Shown one piece after another: positions 1-9,429 of a DNA stretch of 64,000 bases. Every line of letters begins with the position of its first letter. Position 1 is the first letter of the stretch. Made by a program: the position numbers and the translations under genes. Source of the DNA: Polyangia bacterium. GTDB taxonomy: Bacteria; Myxococcota_A; Polyangia; Fen-1088. The stretch is taken from positions 59,048 through 123,047 of the forward strand of contig DASRQZ010000213.1 of the NCBI GenBank assembly GCA_035696125.1, given 5' to 3'. Below the pieces are notes generated by a model that had not been told where the DNA came from, ran no database searches, and saw nothing but the letters and a program-made list of their open reading frames with translations.

Positions 1-2525
1 TGCATCTCGCGCCCTTTGATGACGTTCTCCTTGCCGACGACCGGGATGTTGTTCTCGGACTGGCAGGCGATCACGCAGGCGTTGCAGCCCGTGCACTTGT
101 TGAGGTCGATCGCCATCGCCCACTTGTACGCTTCCTTGCTGTAGTCCCAGGGCTTGTGCAGGGTCGGCGGCATCCCGCGCCGCTCCTCGAGCTCCTCGTT
201 GAACTCGGAGTGCTCGTTCTCGACGTTCGCCAGCGTGGTGCCCACCGCGGGCTCGAGCGTGGTGCGCCCGTCGGGCGACATGCTCCAGTGGTCCTGGGTG
301 ATACCGAACTTGTAACCGCCACCGGTCCTGACCAGCGTCGCGCCGCCGTCGAACCAGGGCGCCTCGCCGGTGCGGATCGATCCGGCCTTGAACCCCAGCC
401 CGCGCGCCACGCGCTCCGCGCCGGCGCGGCCGTAACCGAGCGGCAAGGTCAGCGCGTCGTCGACATGACCGGGCTGGATCATCACTGGCCCTTCCAGCAG
501 GCGCTGGCGGTAGCTGATCTCGACCAGATCGCCGGTGACCAGACCCAGCTTGCCCGCGGTCGCCGGCGAGATCAGCACGGCGTTCTCCCAGGTCAACTTG
601 GTGATGGGATGCGGCAGCTCCTGCAGCCAGGCGTTGTTGGCGAAGCGGCCGTCGTACACCTTGGGGTCGACCGAGAAGGCGATCTCGAGGCCGCCGGCGC
701 CCTCGGCCTTGCGCGCCGCGGTCAGCAGGGGCGAGATCGCCTTGGCCAGCGCAGCGCCGTCGACGGCCAGCTCGGTGACCGCCTCGGGCTTGGTGGCGGT
801 GTCCGGGACGATGCCGTCGGCTAGCCACTTTTCCCAGGCGTGCTCGAAGAAGTCCAGCCCGGATCCGAAGCGCCCGGCCTGCCCTTGCCAGTAGCGCCGA
901 ACCACCTCGTGCGCGCCCAGATCGCCCTCACCCAGGAAGGCGGCCAGCACCTCGACCTCGGTCACGCCGCTCCACAACGGAGCGATCAGCGGCTGCTGGA
1001 TCGAGACCGTGCCGTCGACAGCCCGGGCATCGCCCCAGGACTCGAGCGGATGCGCGGCCGGGATGAGCGTGTTGCACAGGGTCGCGGTCTCGTCCTCGTA
1101 CAGCGTGTGATAGATGGTGTTGGGGACGCGCGGCAGCAGCTGTTCGATCTTGAAATCGACGGGCGCCGTGTAGACCGGGTTGCGCGCGGTGATCACCAGC
1201 GTGTCGACCAGGCCGCCGGTGATCTCGGTCATCAGCTCCCACAGCGCCGGCGGACCGCTGGCGATGTCGACGTCGGCCAGCACGGGCGGGCCCCAGGCGA
1301 CGGTCACGCCCAGGTTGCCGAGCGCGACGTTGAGCGCGTTGGCCAGCGCGTGCACCGCGGCCGGCTGACGCCGTCCCGCGATGACCAGGCTCTTGCCGCG
1401 GTTCTTCTCCAGATCGCGCGCGACCGCCGACAGCCAGCGCGCGTCCCAGGGCGCTGTGGCCGGCGGCCTGACCGCGGCGGCCAGCGGCGCCAGCAGCTCG
1501 AAGCCGGGGCGGGCGCCAAGCTCGTGGGCCAGCGCGGCCGCGAACGCCGCCACCTCGCTGCCGCGCAGCCGCAGCCGATGGTCGGCCACGCCGCCGGTCA
1601 CCGTCAGCGACGGCTCGACGACATAGAGGCGGTTCATGCCGGGACCGGGCGTGCGGCCCCGGGCGAAGTCTCGCGCCAGCGCCAGCTGCTCGGGCCCGTC
1701 GGCCAGGAAGTCGGCGTCCAGCGACAGGATCAAAGAAGCGCGCGCGACATTGTGACGGGGTTCCAGCGGGCGCCCGAAGCTGAGCTTGGCCCCCTGCCCC
1801 GCCTCGCTGGCCGTCGACGAATAGCTGAAGAACTTGGCCCTGGGGAACCGGGCCTGGATGCGGCGGCGCAGATCCGCCACCACCGGCGACGCCGTCGGCT
1901 CGCCCAGGAAACGCAGCGCCGCGCCCTCGTTGGCGCGCAGGCGGTCACCCAGCCCGCCGATCTCGCCCAGCATCGACCGCCAGGCGATCGGCTGACCCTT
2001 GCGCGTGAAGGCGCGCGCGCGGTCATCATCATACAGGCCCAGGATCATCCCCTGGTCGAACGCGGTGGCCGTGCCCAGGCTGCCGGGATGGGCCGGGTTG
2101 CCCTCGATCTTGGTCGGGCGGCCCTCGTGGCTCTCGACGATGAGGCCGGTGGCGTAGCCGTCCAGCGACACCGCGGTGGCAAAGTGCAGCGGGTTTCCGG
2201 GCGTGGTCTCCTCGGGGCGGCGCACGAACGGAATGATCTTCTCGTTGGGCTTCTGGCAAGCGGCCAGGCCGGCCAGCGCCGCCGACGAGCCCACCAGTTG
2301 CATGAAGCTGCGCCGGCTGACCGAGTCGGTGAGCTCGGAGGCGCCCGCCGGGAACTCGCGCCGCGCGGCCGCCGACAGCTCGGCGGAGCCGGCCCGCTCT
2401 TCCAGGCTGCGCCAGGAGCGCGGCTTCGGGACCTGCGCGCCCGCATGCACCCCCGCAGGGTCGCCCTGAACGATCGCCAGCGATCGCGAGCGGCGTGCGG
2501 CCTTCTTGTTCTCCTCGCAGCTCAT
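1..2525 (-). CDS. actB: Alternative complex III subunit ActB (molybdopterin-oxidoreductase-like + 4Fe-4S ferredoxin fusion); 3' end beyond window start
   Basis: Minus-strand translation from ATG at 2525 gives a twin-arginine signal (SRRSFMQLVGSSAALAGLAA), an ActB-like N-terminus (IIPFVRRPEETTPGNPLHFATA...ESHEGRPTKIEGNPAHP), and near position 1 a ferredoxin motif (AIDLNKCTGCNACVIACQSENNIPVVGKE). Not in ORF track because the stop lies outside the window; plus-strand ORFs 156-824 and 840-2729 are antisense artefacts. Confidence 0.85.
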   Translation of the reverse strand, partial: MSCEENKKAARRSRSLAIVQGDPAGVHAGAQVPKPRSWRSLEERAGSAELSAAARREFPAGASELTDSVSRRSFMQLVGSSAALAGLAACQKPNEKIIPFVRRPEETTPGNPLHFATAVSLDGYATGLIVESHEGRPTKIEGNPAHPGSLGTATAFDQGMILGLYDDDRARAFTRKGQPIAWRSMLGEIGGLGDRLRANEGAALRFLGEPTASPVVADLRRRIQARFPRAKFFSYSSTASEAGQGAKLSFGRPLEPRHNVARASLILSLDADFLADGPEQLALARDFARGRTPGPGMNRLYVVEPSLTVTGGVADHRLRLRGSEVAAFAAALAHELGARPGFELLAPLAAAVRPPATAPWDARWLSAVARDLEKNRGKSLVIAGRRQPAAVHALANALNVALGNLGVTVAWGPPVLADVDIASGPPALWELMTEITGGLVDTLVITARNPVYTAPVDFKIEQLLPRVPNTIYHTLYEDETATLCNTLIPAAHPLESWGDARAVDGTVSIQQPLIAPLWSGVTEVEVLAAFLGEGDLGAHEVVRRYWQGQAGRFGSGLDFFEHAWEKWLADGIVPDTATKPEAVTELAVDGAALAKAISPLLTAARKAEGAGGLEIAFSVDPKVYDGRFANNAWLQELPHPITKLTWENAVLISPATAGKLGLVTGDLVEISYRQRLLEGPVMIQPGHVDDALTLPLGYGRAGAERVARGLGFKAGSIRTGEAPWFDGGATLVRTGGGYKFGITQDHWSMSPDGRTTLEPAVGTTLANVENEHSEFNEELEERRGMPPTLHKPWDYSKEAYKWAMAIDLNKCTGCNACVIACQSENNIPVVGKENVIKGREM

Positions 2526-3172
2526 CGGTGGCACGTCGTGCAGCTGATCCTCGTGTGCACATCGTGCTGCTCGGCGAGCAGCCGCCCCGCGACCTCGGGA
2601 TCGCCTTCAGGCTTCCAGGTCATGTTGGTGATCTCCTCGAGCGGGCGCAGATTCTTTTCCGGATTCCGGTGGCAATCGAGGCACCAGCCCATGGTGAGGG
2701 GGGTCGCCTTCTCGACCGCCGCCATCTGATCGACGCGGCCGTGGCAGCTCACGCAACCGACGCCCTTGTTGACGTGAATCGAGTGGTTGAAATAGACGAA
2801 GTCGGGCACGCGGTAGACCCGCCGCCACACCATCGGTTTGTTCTCGAAGAAGCTCTGGCGAATCGGTTCCAGCAGCGGGCTCTTGTTCCAGACCTGGGAG
2901 TGGCAGTTGAGGCACAACGACGTGGGCGGGATGCTGGCGTGCGGGGAACGATCGACGGTGTTGTGGCAATAGCGACAGTCGATCCCTTCGTCGCGGGTGT
3001 GGTGCCGGTGATCGAACTGCAGCGGCTGCTCGATCGGATCCTGCATCCCGCGCGCGTACGGCGTGCGCGCGTAGACCATCAGTCCGCCCAGCGTGCCCAC
3101 GGCTCCCGCCGCCAGAACAAAAAGGGAGATCTGGGCTAGCGTGTTGTGCCTGGGTCTGAAGAGTAGACTCAT
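2522..3172 (-). CDS. actA: Alternative complex III subunit ActA, pentaheme cytochrome c
   Basis: Five CxxCH motifs (CRYCH, CLNCH, CVSCH, CLDCH, CTTCH), N-terminal TM anchor; stop overlaps actB start (actA-actB order). Confidence 0.85.
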   Translation of the reverse strand: MSLLFRPRHNTLAQISLFVLAAGAVGTLGGLMVYARTPYARGMQDPIEQPLQFDHRHHTRDEGIDCRYCHNTVDRSPHASIPPTSLCLNCHSQVWNKSPLLEPIRQSFFENKPMVWRRVYRVPDFVYFNHSIHVNKGVGCVSCHGRVDQMAAVEKATPLTMGWCLDCHRNPEKNLRPLEEITNMTWKPEGDPEVAGRLLAEQHDVHTRISCTTCHR

Positions 3173-3337
3173 GCCGTGGCTGGCGCAGCATATAGGCGCA
3201 GCTTGGCGCCGTCGTCAAGAGGACTGTTGGCCGTTCCAAGAATTCCTGACACGTAAGAAACCTACCGACATGCCTGAGAAATGCGCGCGTTACGATCGAG
3301 CGTGCGCGCGATGAGAACGCGCCCGGCGCGCGCGTCG

Positions 3338-4984
3338 TCAGCGCAGCAGACCGTGCTTGATCAGCCAGGTGACCAGCAGCGACGCACGCCAGGAAGGCGC
3401 CCAGGAAAAGCGTCCTTCCAGCGCGCGCGCCAGATCGGCCACCGCGATCGGCGCTTCGGACGCGGCCGCGAGAGCTGCCATGACGTCATCGCCCGAAAAG
3501 ACGTTCTTGAGCTCGGGATAGATCACGTAGCCATTGTGAGTGTCGCAAAGAGCGCGCGCGATTTCGGAACGGACCACCCGGCGGGTGGGCGCCATCGGCT
3601 CGCTGGGGTAGTGCGCGAAGATCTCGCCGAAGCTCATCGCCAGTGGGTGGCGGGTCGCCACCGGTCGCGCGGGCGGCTGCGGCTGCGCCGCCAGCCGGCG
3701 CCACACCGCCTCGTAGGCGCTGATGACCACCCGCCAGTCGTAGTGGGTGCGGGCATGGTCAGCGGCCCGGCGCGACATCTCGGCGCGCCGCCGATCGTCG
3801 GACGCCAGGGTCACGATGGCCTCCTCGAGCTCGCCCAGGTCGACCTCTACGCTCTGGCCGAGCAGGAGGTGCAGCGGGCGCTCGTAAAGCAAGGGGCCGA
3901 TCTCGGACAGAAACTCCTGATCCGGGTTCCAGCGTGTGGTCAGCCGGATGCCGACCTCGAAGGTGACCGTATCCTTGTAGCCGTCGAAGTCCGCCACGAT
4001 GGGCGGCAGCCCGGCCGCCATGGCCTCGACCACCGAGATCCCGAAGGTCTCTTGAAGGTTGTCGGTCGGCGACACGAAGAGATCGGCGGCGGCCAGCAGC
4101 TGGCGCTTGTCGTCCTCCGCAAAATCGATGCAGAAGGTGATGGCCTCCGAGACGCTGAACACCTTGGCCCAGAGCGCGAGCATCTCGGGCGTCTTGGTGC
4201 CCTGGCGCGCGCCCGCCAGCAGGAGGTGCAACGGCGGCGCGCCGGCCGGGCGGCGCGCCCGCGCGCGCGCGAAGGCCTGCACCAGCGGGAACAGGTCCAT
4301 CTTGTCGTATTCGGTGAAGCGTCCGAGCGCCAGCAACACGATGGCGTCGGCCGGGATGCCGAGACGGGAGCGCGTGCCGGCACGGTCACCTCCCCGCAGG
4401 GCCGCGACGTCGACGCCCAGCGGGATGACCGGCAGCTCGCAGTTGAGCCCGCGCGCGGGGCCGCCCGCCCCGGTCACCGCGGCCGAGGCGGCGGCGAACG
4501 ATCGCTCGAGCACCGTGCGGCCGGCGCTGCTGGAGCAGAAGATCGCGTCGCCCGGCCCGGGCGGGTGCAGGGCGCCGCGCGCGTAAGACTGCATGCTGCG
4601 CGGATAGCTGAGCGAGTGGATCTGCCCGGTCACCGGCACCGCGCCGCGCGCGTACCGATCGCGAAGCCAGACCAGATCGTAGAGCTGCTCGATGTGGGCC
4701 GCGTGGTGCAGGACCGACACCGCCCCGGCCGCCAGCCCCGCGGGCATCTCGATGAGGTTGGGCGTGATCATCCGATCGGGGGTCAGGTGCCCCGGCTCGA
4801 TGAACAGCTGGTGCAGCATCTCCTTGTCGGCCGCCTCGCCGACAAAGAAGCAGTAGCGGGCAAAAGAGCCGTGCCGGAACAGGGCCTTCAGGAACTCGGT
4901 GTTGGCCACCATCCGCCCCACCAGCGGCTGGCCGGCTGGACCGACGTAGGTACCGGGGAGCGCGAGAGTTGCGAAGGTCTCCAT
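3338..4984 (-). CDS. Glycosyltransferase, GT4/group-1 family
   Basis: C-terminal GT-B motif ETFGISVVEAMAAGLPPIV; likely start at second Met (METFATL, ATG 4984) rather than the track start 5014. Confidence 0.75.
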   Translation of the reverse strand: METFATLALPGTYVGPAGQPLVGRMVANTEFLKALFRHGSFARYCFFVGEAADKEMLHQLFIEPGHLTPDRMITPNLIEMPAGLAAGAVSVLHHAAHIEQLYDLVWLRDRYARGAVPVTGQIHSLSYPRSMQSYARGALHPPGPGDAIFCSSSAGRTVLERSFAAASAAVTGAGGPARGLNCELPVIPLGVDVAALRGGDRAGTRSRLGIPADAIVLLALGRFTEYDKMDLFPLVQAFARARARRPAGAPPLHLLLAGARQGTKTPEMLALWAKVFSVSEAITFCIDFAEDDKRQLLAAADLFVSPTDNLQETFGISVVEAMAAGLPPIVADFDGYKDTVTFEVGIRLTTRWNPDQEFLSEIGPLLYERPLHLLLGQSVEVDLGELEEAIVTLASDDRRRAEMSRRAADHARTHYDWRVVISAYEAVWRRLAAQPQPPARPVATRHPLAMSFGEIFAHYPSEPMAPTRRVVRSEIARALCDTHNGYVIYPELKNVFSGDDVMAALAAASEAPIAVADLARALEGRFSWAPSWRASLLVTWLIKHGLLR

Positions 4985-5065
4985 GGGGCGTCCAGCGGGA
5001 GGAGGGGCGCACAATAGCGCGAATGGGACGCAGGGGAAGGGAGAACAGCCAAGGCTTCCTGCCGC

Positions 5066-5620
5066 TCAGAAGGACGCGACCCGGCAGCTCTCGACCGTCG
5101 CCGCGGGCAGGCGCGAGCGTTCGTCCCAGTCGTTCTGGGCGCCGAACCGGAAGCGCACCGGCCCCAGGGAGCTCAGCATCTTTCCCTGGCAGGCCAGCCG
5201 CACCCGATCGTCGGAGCCACGGCTGCGGGCTTCGACCAACCAGCTGGCGACGTGCGGCTCCTCGAACACTCCGGCCAGCAGCACCAGGGCGCCCTCGCGG
5301 GTGACGTAGGGGCGCAGCAGGCGTCCACCGGTATCGCCTGCGATCGGCTGTCCTTGCAGATCGAACCCGCAGCGCACGCCGGCCGTCCCCTGCTCCAGCC
5401 CGCAATCCAGCGCCTCGACGTCCCCCGGGACCACCGTCACTTCCAGCGCCACCGAGCTGCCGGCCCCCGGCACCTGCTCGCGCCCGAAGAACGCGACCGC
5501 GGCCAGCACCATGCCGGCGAGCGCGATCGCCCAGGCGCGGCGCGCGGCGCGTGGAGCGTCGGGCGGCGGCGACGCCGCGGGCGCGCGAACCGGCGAGGCA
5601 GGGGCGTCGGGCTCGATCAT
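5066..5620 (-). CDS. Hypothetical membrane-anchored protein
   Basis: C-terminal part of track ORF 5066-6523. A Met at 5620 gives ATGA overlap with the upstream mannosyltransferase stop. One TM (AWAIALAGMVLAAVAFF). The N-terminal 300 aa of the track ORF are R/G-rich antisense noise. Confidence 0.45.
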   Translation of the reverse strand: MIEPDAPASPVRAPAASPPPDAPRAARRAWAIALAGMVLAAVAFFGREQVPGAGSSVALEVTVVPGDVEALDCGLEQGTAGVRCGFDLQGQPIAGDTGGRLLRPYVTREGALVLLAGVFEEPHVASWLVEARSRGSDDRVRLACQGKMLSSLGPVRFRFGAQNDWDERSRLPAATVESCRVASF

Positions 5621-6966
5621 CCCCGCCAGCCGGGAAGGAAGAGCCGGTGGCTCGCCGCGCGCTCGCTGATCGGTAGCAGGGACCACACTGGCGCGTAGAA
5701 CGCGGCCACGATCGACACCACCGCCACGAACGCGACCGTCACCAGAGGCCAGCGCCGGCCGACGAACGCAGCGAACCCGGCCAACAGCACCACGTCGGCC
5801 ACGTAGGCCGGCAGGAAGTGATATATGTACGAGTCGCGGTGAGTCATCACCCACGGCGCCAGGAAGGCGATCGCCGCCGACAGCACCAGCACCACGCTGG
5901 GTCCGTTGGCCGCGACGAATCCGACCAGGCCCAGGCCGCGCCACCCGAGCGGCAACGTTCCGAGCGCTGCCTCTGGCGCTGACGCCGTCGTCGGCTCGAG
6001 CGCCAGGGTGGCGCCAAGGCCCCGCCAGATCACCGCCACCGTGGCCGACAGGGCGACCGCCATCGCCGGCCACCAGACAGCCAGGTTGCCCAGGCTGCTC
6101 ACCAGCCGGACCTGCAGACCGCCGTCCAGACTGGCGAGCGGCAGCACCCGCGCCGGCAGTACCCAGGTCGGCCACCCCGACACCCACGAGTTTTTCATAT
6201 CCGTCGCGCCGCTGTGCGCGCGCAGGAGGCGCAGCGTCTCGGCCACCACCGCGGCCGGCCCCGCTCCGTGGTGGCCGGCGATGCGCAGCCCGATGCTGAA
6301 CAGGATCACGTAGAACGCCGCTGCCACCGCCAGCAGCAGCGCCGCCAGCGCCAGCCGGCGCCGCGCCGGCTGCCGCGCCATGGCCAGCGCCAGCAGCAGC
6401 GGCACCGCGACCGCCCCGCCGCTGAACTTGATGTTGGCTGCCGCGCCGGTCAGCATGCCCGCCCCCACCGCCGTCGCAGCGCCAGCACGCGCCGTCGCCA
6501 GTAGCAGCGCCCCGGCCGCGCACGCCGCCAGCTGACCGTCGAGCAGCGCCACCCGCGAATAGCTTGCCAGGAACCCGTCGCCGGCTATCAACGCCGCCGC
6601 CAGCCAGCCGGCGCGCGCGTCGCGGAACAGCCGGCTGGCGGCCAGGCTGCCCAGCAGCAAGGTCAGCGCGCCCGCCACCTGCGCCGGCATCCGCCAGGCG
6701 ATGGGCCCGTCGCCCAGCGCCAGGATCGACACCGCAATGAACAGCTTGCCCAGCGGCGGGTGGTCATTCAGGTCGGATTGTCCGGACACGTAGCGGCGCG
6801 CGTTGTCGACGAAGTGATGCTCATCGAACAGGTAGGTCGACGGCGTGGCGAAGTGGTGGATGCGGATCGCGGCCCCCGCGACCACCAGCACCAGCACCAG
6901 CAGCCCGAGCGGCGTCACCGGCGACGCCAGTGCCGTGCGCCAGCCGGGCCCGGTTCTCTCGGTCAT
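5617..6966 (-). CDS. Membrane glycosyltransferase, PMT/ArnT-like (GT39/GT83 fold)
   Basis: Multi-TM protein with DEHHFVDNARRY...GQSDLNDHPPLGKL motif region typical of dolichyl/undecaprenyl-phosphate-sugar-dependent mannosyltransferases. Confidence 0.7.
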   Translation of the reverse strand: MTERTGPGWRTALASPVTPLGLLVLVLVVAGAAIRIHHFATPSTYLFDEHHFVDNARRYVSGQSDLNDHPPLGKLFIAVSILALGDGPIAWRMPAQVAGALTLLLGSLAASRLFRDARAGWLAAALIAGDGFLASYSRVALLDGQLAACAAGALLLATARAGAATAVGAGMLTGAAANIKFSGGAVAVPLLLALAMARQPARRRLALAALLLAVAAAFYVILFSIGLRIAGHHGAGPAAVVAETLRLLRAHSGATDMKNSWVSGWPTWVLPARVLPLASLDGGLQVRLVSSLGNLAVWWPAMAVALSATVAVIWRGLGATLALEPTTASAPEAALGTLPLGWRGLGLVGFVAANGPSVVLVLSAAIAFLAPWVMTHRDSYIYHFLPAYVADVVLLAGFAAFVGRRWPLVTVAFVAVVSIVAAFYAPVWSLLPISERAASHRLFLPGWRG

Positions 6967-7033
6967 GGGGCCACATTAGCGCAAACCCCTGCGAGTCCGA
7001 CAAGGGGGCGGTCGGCGATTGCCAGCTCCCCGA

Positions 7034-7069
<36 letters not shown>

Positions 7070-7079
7070 TTACCCGCCC

Positions 7080-8705
7080 CTATCGCCCGGCTCCCGCCGG
7101 TCCGGTTTCCTGCGCTGGTACTCCGACGTACTTCACCAGCCACGGAAAATATTCAGCCACCGCCGGCGCCGCTCGTCTCAGGTTCTCCAGCAGCGCCGGG
7201 GGCGTCGCCGAGCCGCGCAGGAGGTCGGCCCAGGCGCGCAGCTCGCGGTGGGCGCTTTGATCGTCCAGGTCCAGGGTCAGCTCGCTGTCGCGACCGGTGA
7301 TGAGGTCACATACCAGCACGCCCAGCGCCGCCTCGGGCAACCCCGGGGCGAGGTCGCTGCACAGGCGGCGCGATCCCTCGATGTCGCCGGTGGCCAGCAG
7401 GGCTTGCGCCAGGCGGATGGCGGTTCGGCCTGCGGGCGGCTCACCGGCGGCGCAGGCCAGCTCGGCGACCGCCACCGCCGGACGGCCGCCGGCCAGCGCG
7501 GCCTCGCCCAGCGCCTCGTGCAGCTCGACGCAGTCCCCGTGCGTGGCCCGGTGCGACTCGGCGAAATCGCGCGCGGCCAGCTCGCCGCCGCGCGCCCGGC
7601 ACAGCAACACCGCCAGCAACAACGCCTCGGGGTCGCGCGGGACGTAGGCCAGCGCCTCCTCCACCCGCCGCCAGGCCTCGCGGGTGTCTCCGACCGACAG
7701 CGCCAGCCGCGCCAGCCCCATCAGCGGGCGCACCGTCGCCAGCTGCTGGTCGGCGGTGACGGCGGCCAGCTCGCGGCAGCGAGCGAAGTCGGCCGCCGCG
7801 GTGATCGACGCGCCGGTCACCTCGCGCAGCTCCCCGCGCCGCAGGAAGAGCGCCGCCGAGGGATCGCACAGGTCGGCCCAGTTGTCGATCAGGCGCAGCG
7901 CTCCCGCGGGGTCACCGGGGTAAAAACCGTCGGCGCACAACACCACGAGATCGCCGCCATAGGGCTTGCCGGCCAGCGCCAGCGGCCCGGCCATCTCCAG
8001 CACGCGCCGGAGCGACCCGGCCGCCTCGCCCCACAGCGCACGGTCATTCCAGAAGCGCGCCAGCTCCAGCAGCTTGAACCACGAGTAAAGGTCGCCCCGG
8101 TCGCGCTCCAGGCACGCCAGCAGGAGCTCGGTGTCGCGCGTCTTCTTGCTGCGCGACTCCGCGCGCTCGCGCACGTAGCCGAGATGCTCGACCAGGCCGG
8201 GCAGGTGGCGCAGGGCGCGCCCATCGGCGTGCAGGCGGGCCTGCACCGCGACGCTGACGTCTTCGTGGATGGGAAAGGTGAAACGCACCGACGGATGGTT
8301 GCGGAACAGCCGCAGCACCGGCGTGTCGCGCCGATGGCCGTGCGGCAGCAGATTGCGCATCACCACCGTGGCCGCGCCCGCACCGGCGTCGTGCAAGAGC
8401 TCCCTCATCTGCTCGAGGAGCTCGGGGCTGACCATCTCGTCGGCGTCGAGGTAAAGGATCCAGTCGCCGGTCGCGCCTTCCAGCCCGGCGTTGCGCGCCG
8501 CCGAGAAGTCGTCGTCCCAGGGACGGTGAATGATCCGCGCGCCCTCGGCCTCGAGGATCGCCACCGTGCCGTCGCGCGAGCCGGTATCGACAACGCACAG
8601 CTCGGTCCACAAGCCGCGCACCTGAGCCAGGCAGCGTGGCAGCAAGGCCGCCTCGTCCCTCACGATCATGCACAGCGACAAGGTGGATGCCGGCGGGTTC
8701 GACAT
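7080..8705 (-). CDS. GT2 glycosyltransferase with C-terminal TPR-like repeats
   Basis: N-terminal GT-A signature LCMIVRDEAALLPRCL...VVDTGSRDGT...LDADE; paralog of 21129-22451; located immediately downstream of fliC-fliD-fliS-fliT-like. Confidence 0.8.
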   Translation of the reverse strand: MSNPPASTLSLCMIVRDEAALLPRCLAQVRGLWTELCVVDTGSRDGTVAILEAEGARIIHRPWDDDFSAARNAGLEGATGDWILYLDADEMVSPELLEQMRELLHDAGAGAATVVMRNLLPHGHRRDTPVLRLFRNHPSVRFTFPIHEDVSVAVQARLHADGRALRHLPGLVEHLGYVRERAESRSKKTRDTELLLACLERDRGDLYSWFKLLELARFWNDRALWGEAAGSLRRVLEMAGPLALAGKPYGGDLVVLCADGFYPGDPAGALRLIDNWADLCDPSAALFLRRGELREVTGASITAAADFARCRELAAVTADQQLATVRPLMGLARLALSVGDTREAWRRVEEALAYVPRDPEALLLAVLLCRARGGELAARDFAESHRATHGDCVELHEALGEAALAGGRPAVAVAELACAAGEPPAGRTAIRLAQALLATGDIEGSRRLCSDLAPGLPEAALGVLVCDLITGRDSELTLDLDDQSAHRELRAWADLLRGSATPPALLENLRRAAPAVAEYFPWLVKYVGVPAQETGPAGAGR

Positions 8706-8719
8706 GGCGGCCTGCGGAT

Positions 8720-9022
8720 CTAATCCGTGTTGTAGGCGCGGTGCGCCCGACTACCGGTGCCAAGTCGCGCCAGCGACGCCGTGAGGGCCGTGCTGGTCTC
8801 GCTCGCCAGCGCCGTGCAGCGCGCCACCAGCGGCTGCAGCCGGGCGCGGGTCACGTCGTCGAGTCCGACGCGCGCCGCCGCCGCGCAGGCCGCGCCCAGC
8901 CGCTCGACCGCGGTCGCCGCAGCCAGCGGATCGCGCGCCTCCAGGTGACGGGCCACCTCGTGCAGCGCCGCCTCGATCTCGGCGCCGGCCGCGGCCGTCT
9001 GGCCTGGGGCGGGCGCGCTCAC
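8720..9022 (-). CDS. Small helical protein, FliT-like by position (flagellar chaperone?)
   Basis: 100 aa Ala/Leu-rich helical ORF (GTG start) overlapping the fliS stop; assignment by synteny only. Confidence 0.35.
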   Translation of the reverse strand: MSAPAPGQTAAAGAEIEAALHEVARHLEARDPLAAATAVERLGAACAAAARVGLDDVTRARLQPLVARCTALASETSTALTASLARLGTGSRAHRAYNTD

Positions 9023-9402
9023 TACTTCGCCGGTCCCTGCAGCTGGTTGACCGCGATCGAGAACGCCTCGGCGATGGGGGCAAAGACCCGCTCGGCCTCG
9101 CGCACCGCGACCGGATTCTTCGACCCGCCCGCCTTGATCAACCGGTCGGCGACGAAGATGTAGAGATCGGACAGCTGGCTCGCCAGTTGCGGCACGCGGC
9201 TGTGGTCCAGGGTGGCCAGCAGCTCGGCTACGATGTCGCCGGCCTTGTTGAGCGCGGGCCCCGCCTCGGCGGCGCGGCCACCCTCCAGCGAGACCGCGGC
9301 GCGCCGCATGTGCCGCAGCGCCGCCTCGAACAGAAGCACCATGAGCCGCTCCTTGGAGGCGGTCTCGTTCTGGGTCTGGGCGTACTTGCGAATGGCGAGC
9401 AT
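9022..9402 (-). CDS. fliS: Flagellar export chaperone FliS
   Basis: 126 aa, FliS family helical-bundle sequence (LLFEAALRHMRRA...DIVAELLATL). Confidence 0.85.
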   Translation of the reverse strand: MLAIRKYAQTQNETASKERLMVLLFEAALRHMRRAAVSLEGGRAAEAGPALNKAGDIVAELLATLDHSRVPQLASQLSDLYIFVADRLIKAGGSKNPVAVREAERVFAPIAEAFSIAVNQLQGPAK

Positions 9403-9429
9403 GACGATCTATCTCCGCTGCGGGTGGGA

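Noticed and set aside
156-2729. Plus-strand ORFs 156-824, 535-894, 840-2729 (222/119/629 aa)
   Set aside because: Arg/Gly/Ala-rich low-complexity translations lying antisense to a clean minus-strand actB reading frame with TAT signal and FeS motifs; typical high-GC antisense artefacts.
5066-6523. 485-aa minus-strand ORF overlapping the PMT-like gene out of frame
   Set aside because: Only the last ~185 aa (5066-5620, behind an ATGA-coupled start) look protein-like; the remainder is R/G-rich and overlaps a well-supported membrane GT.
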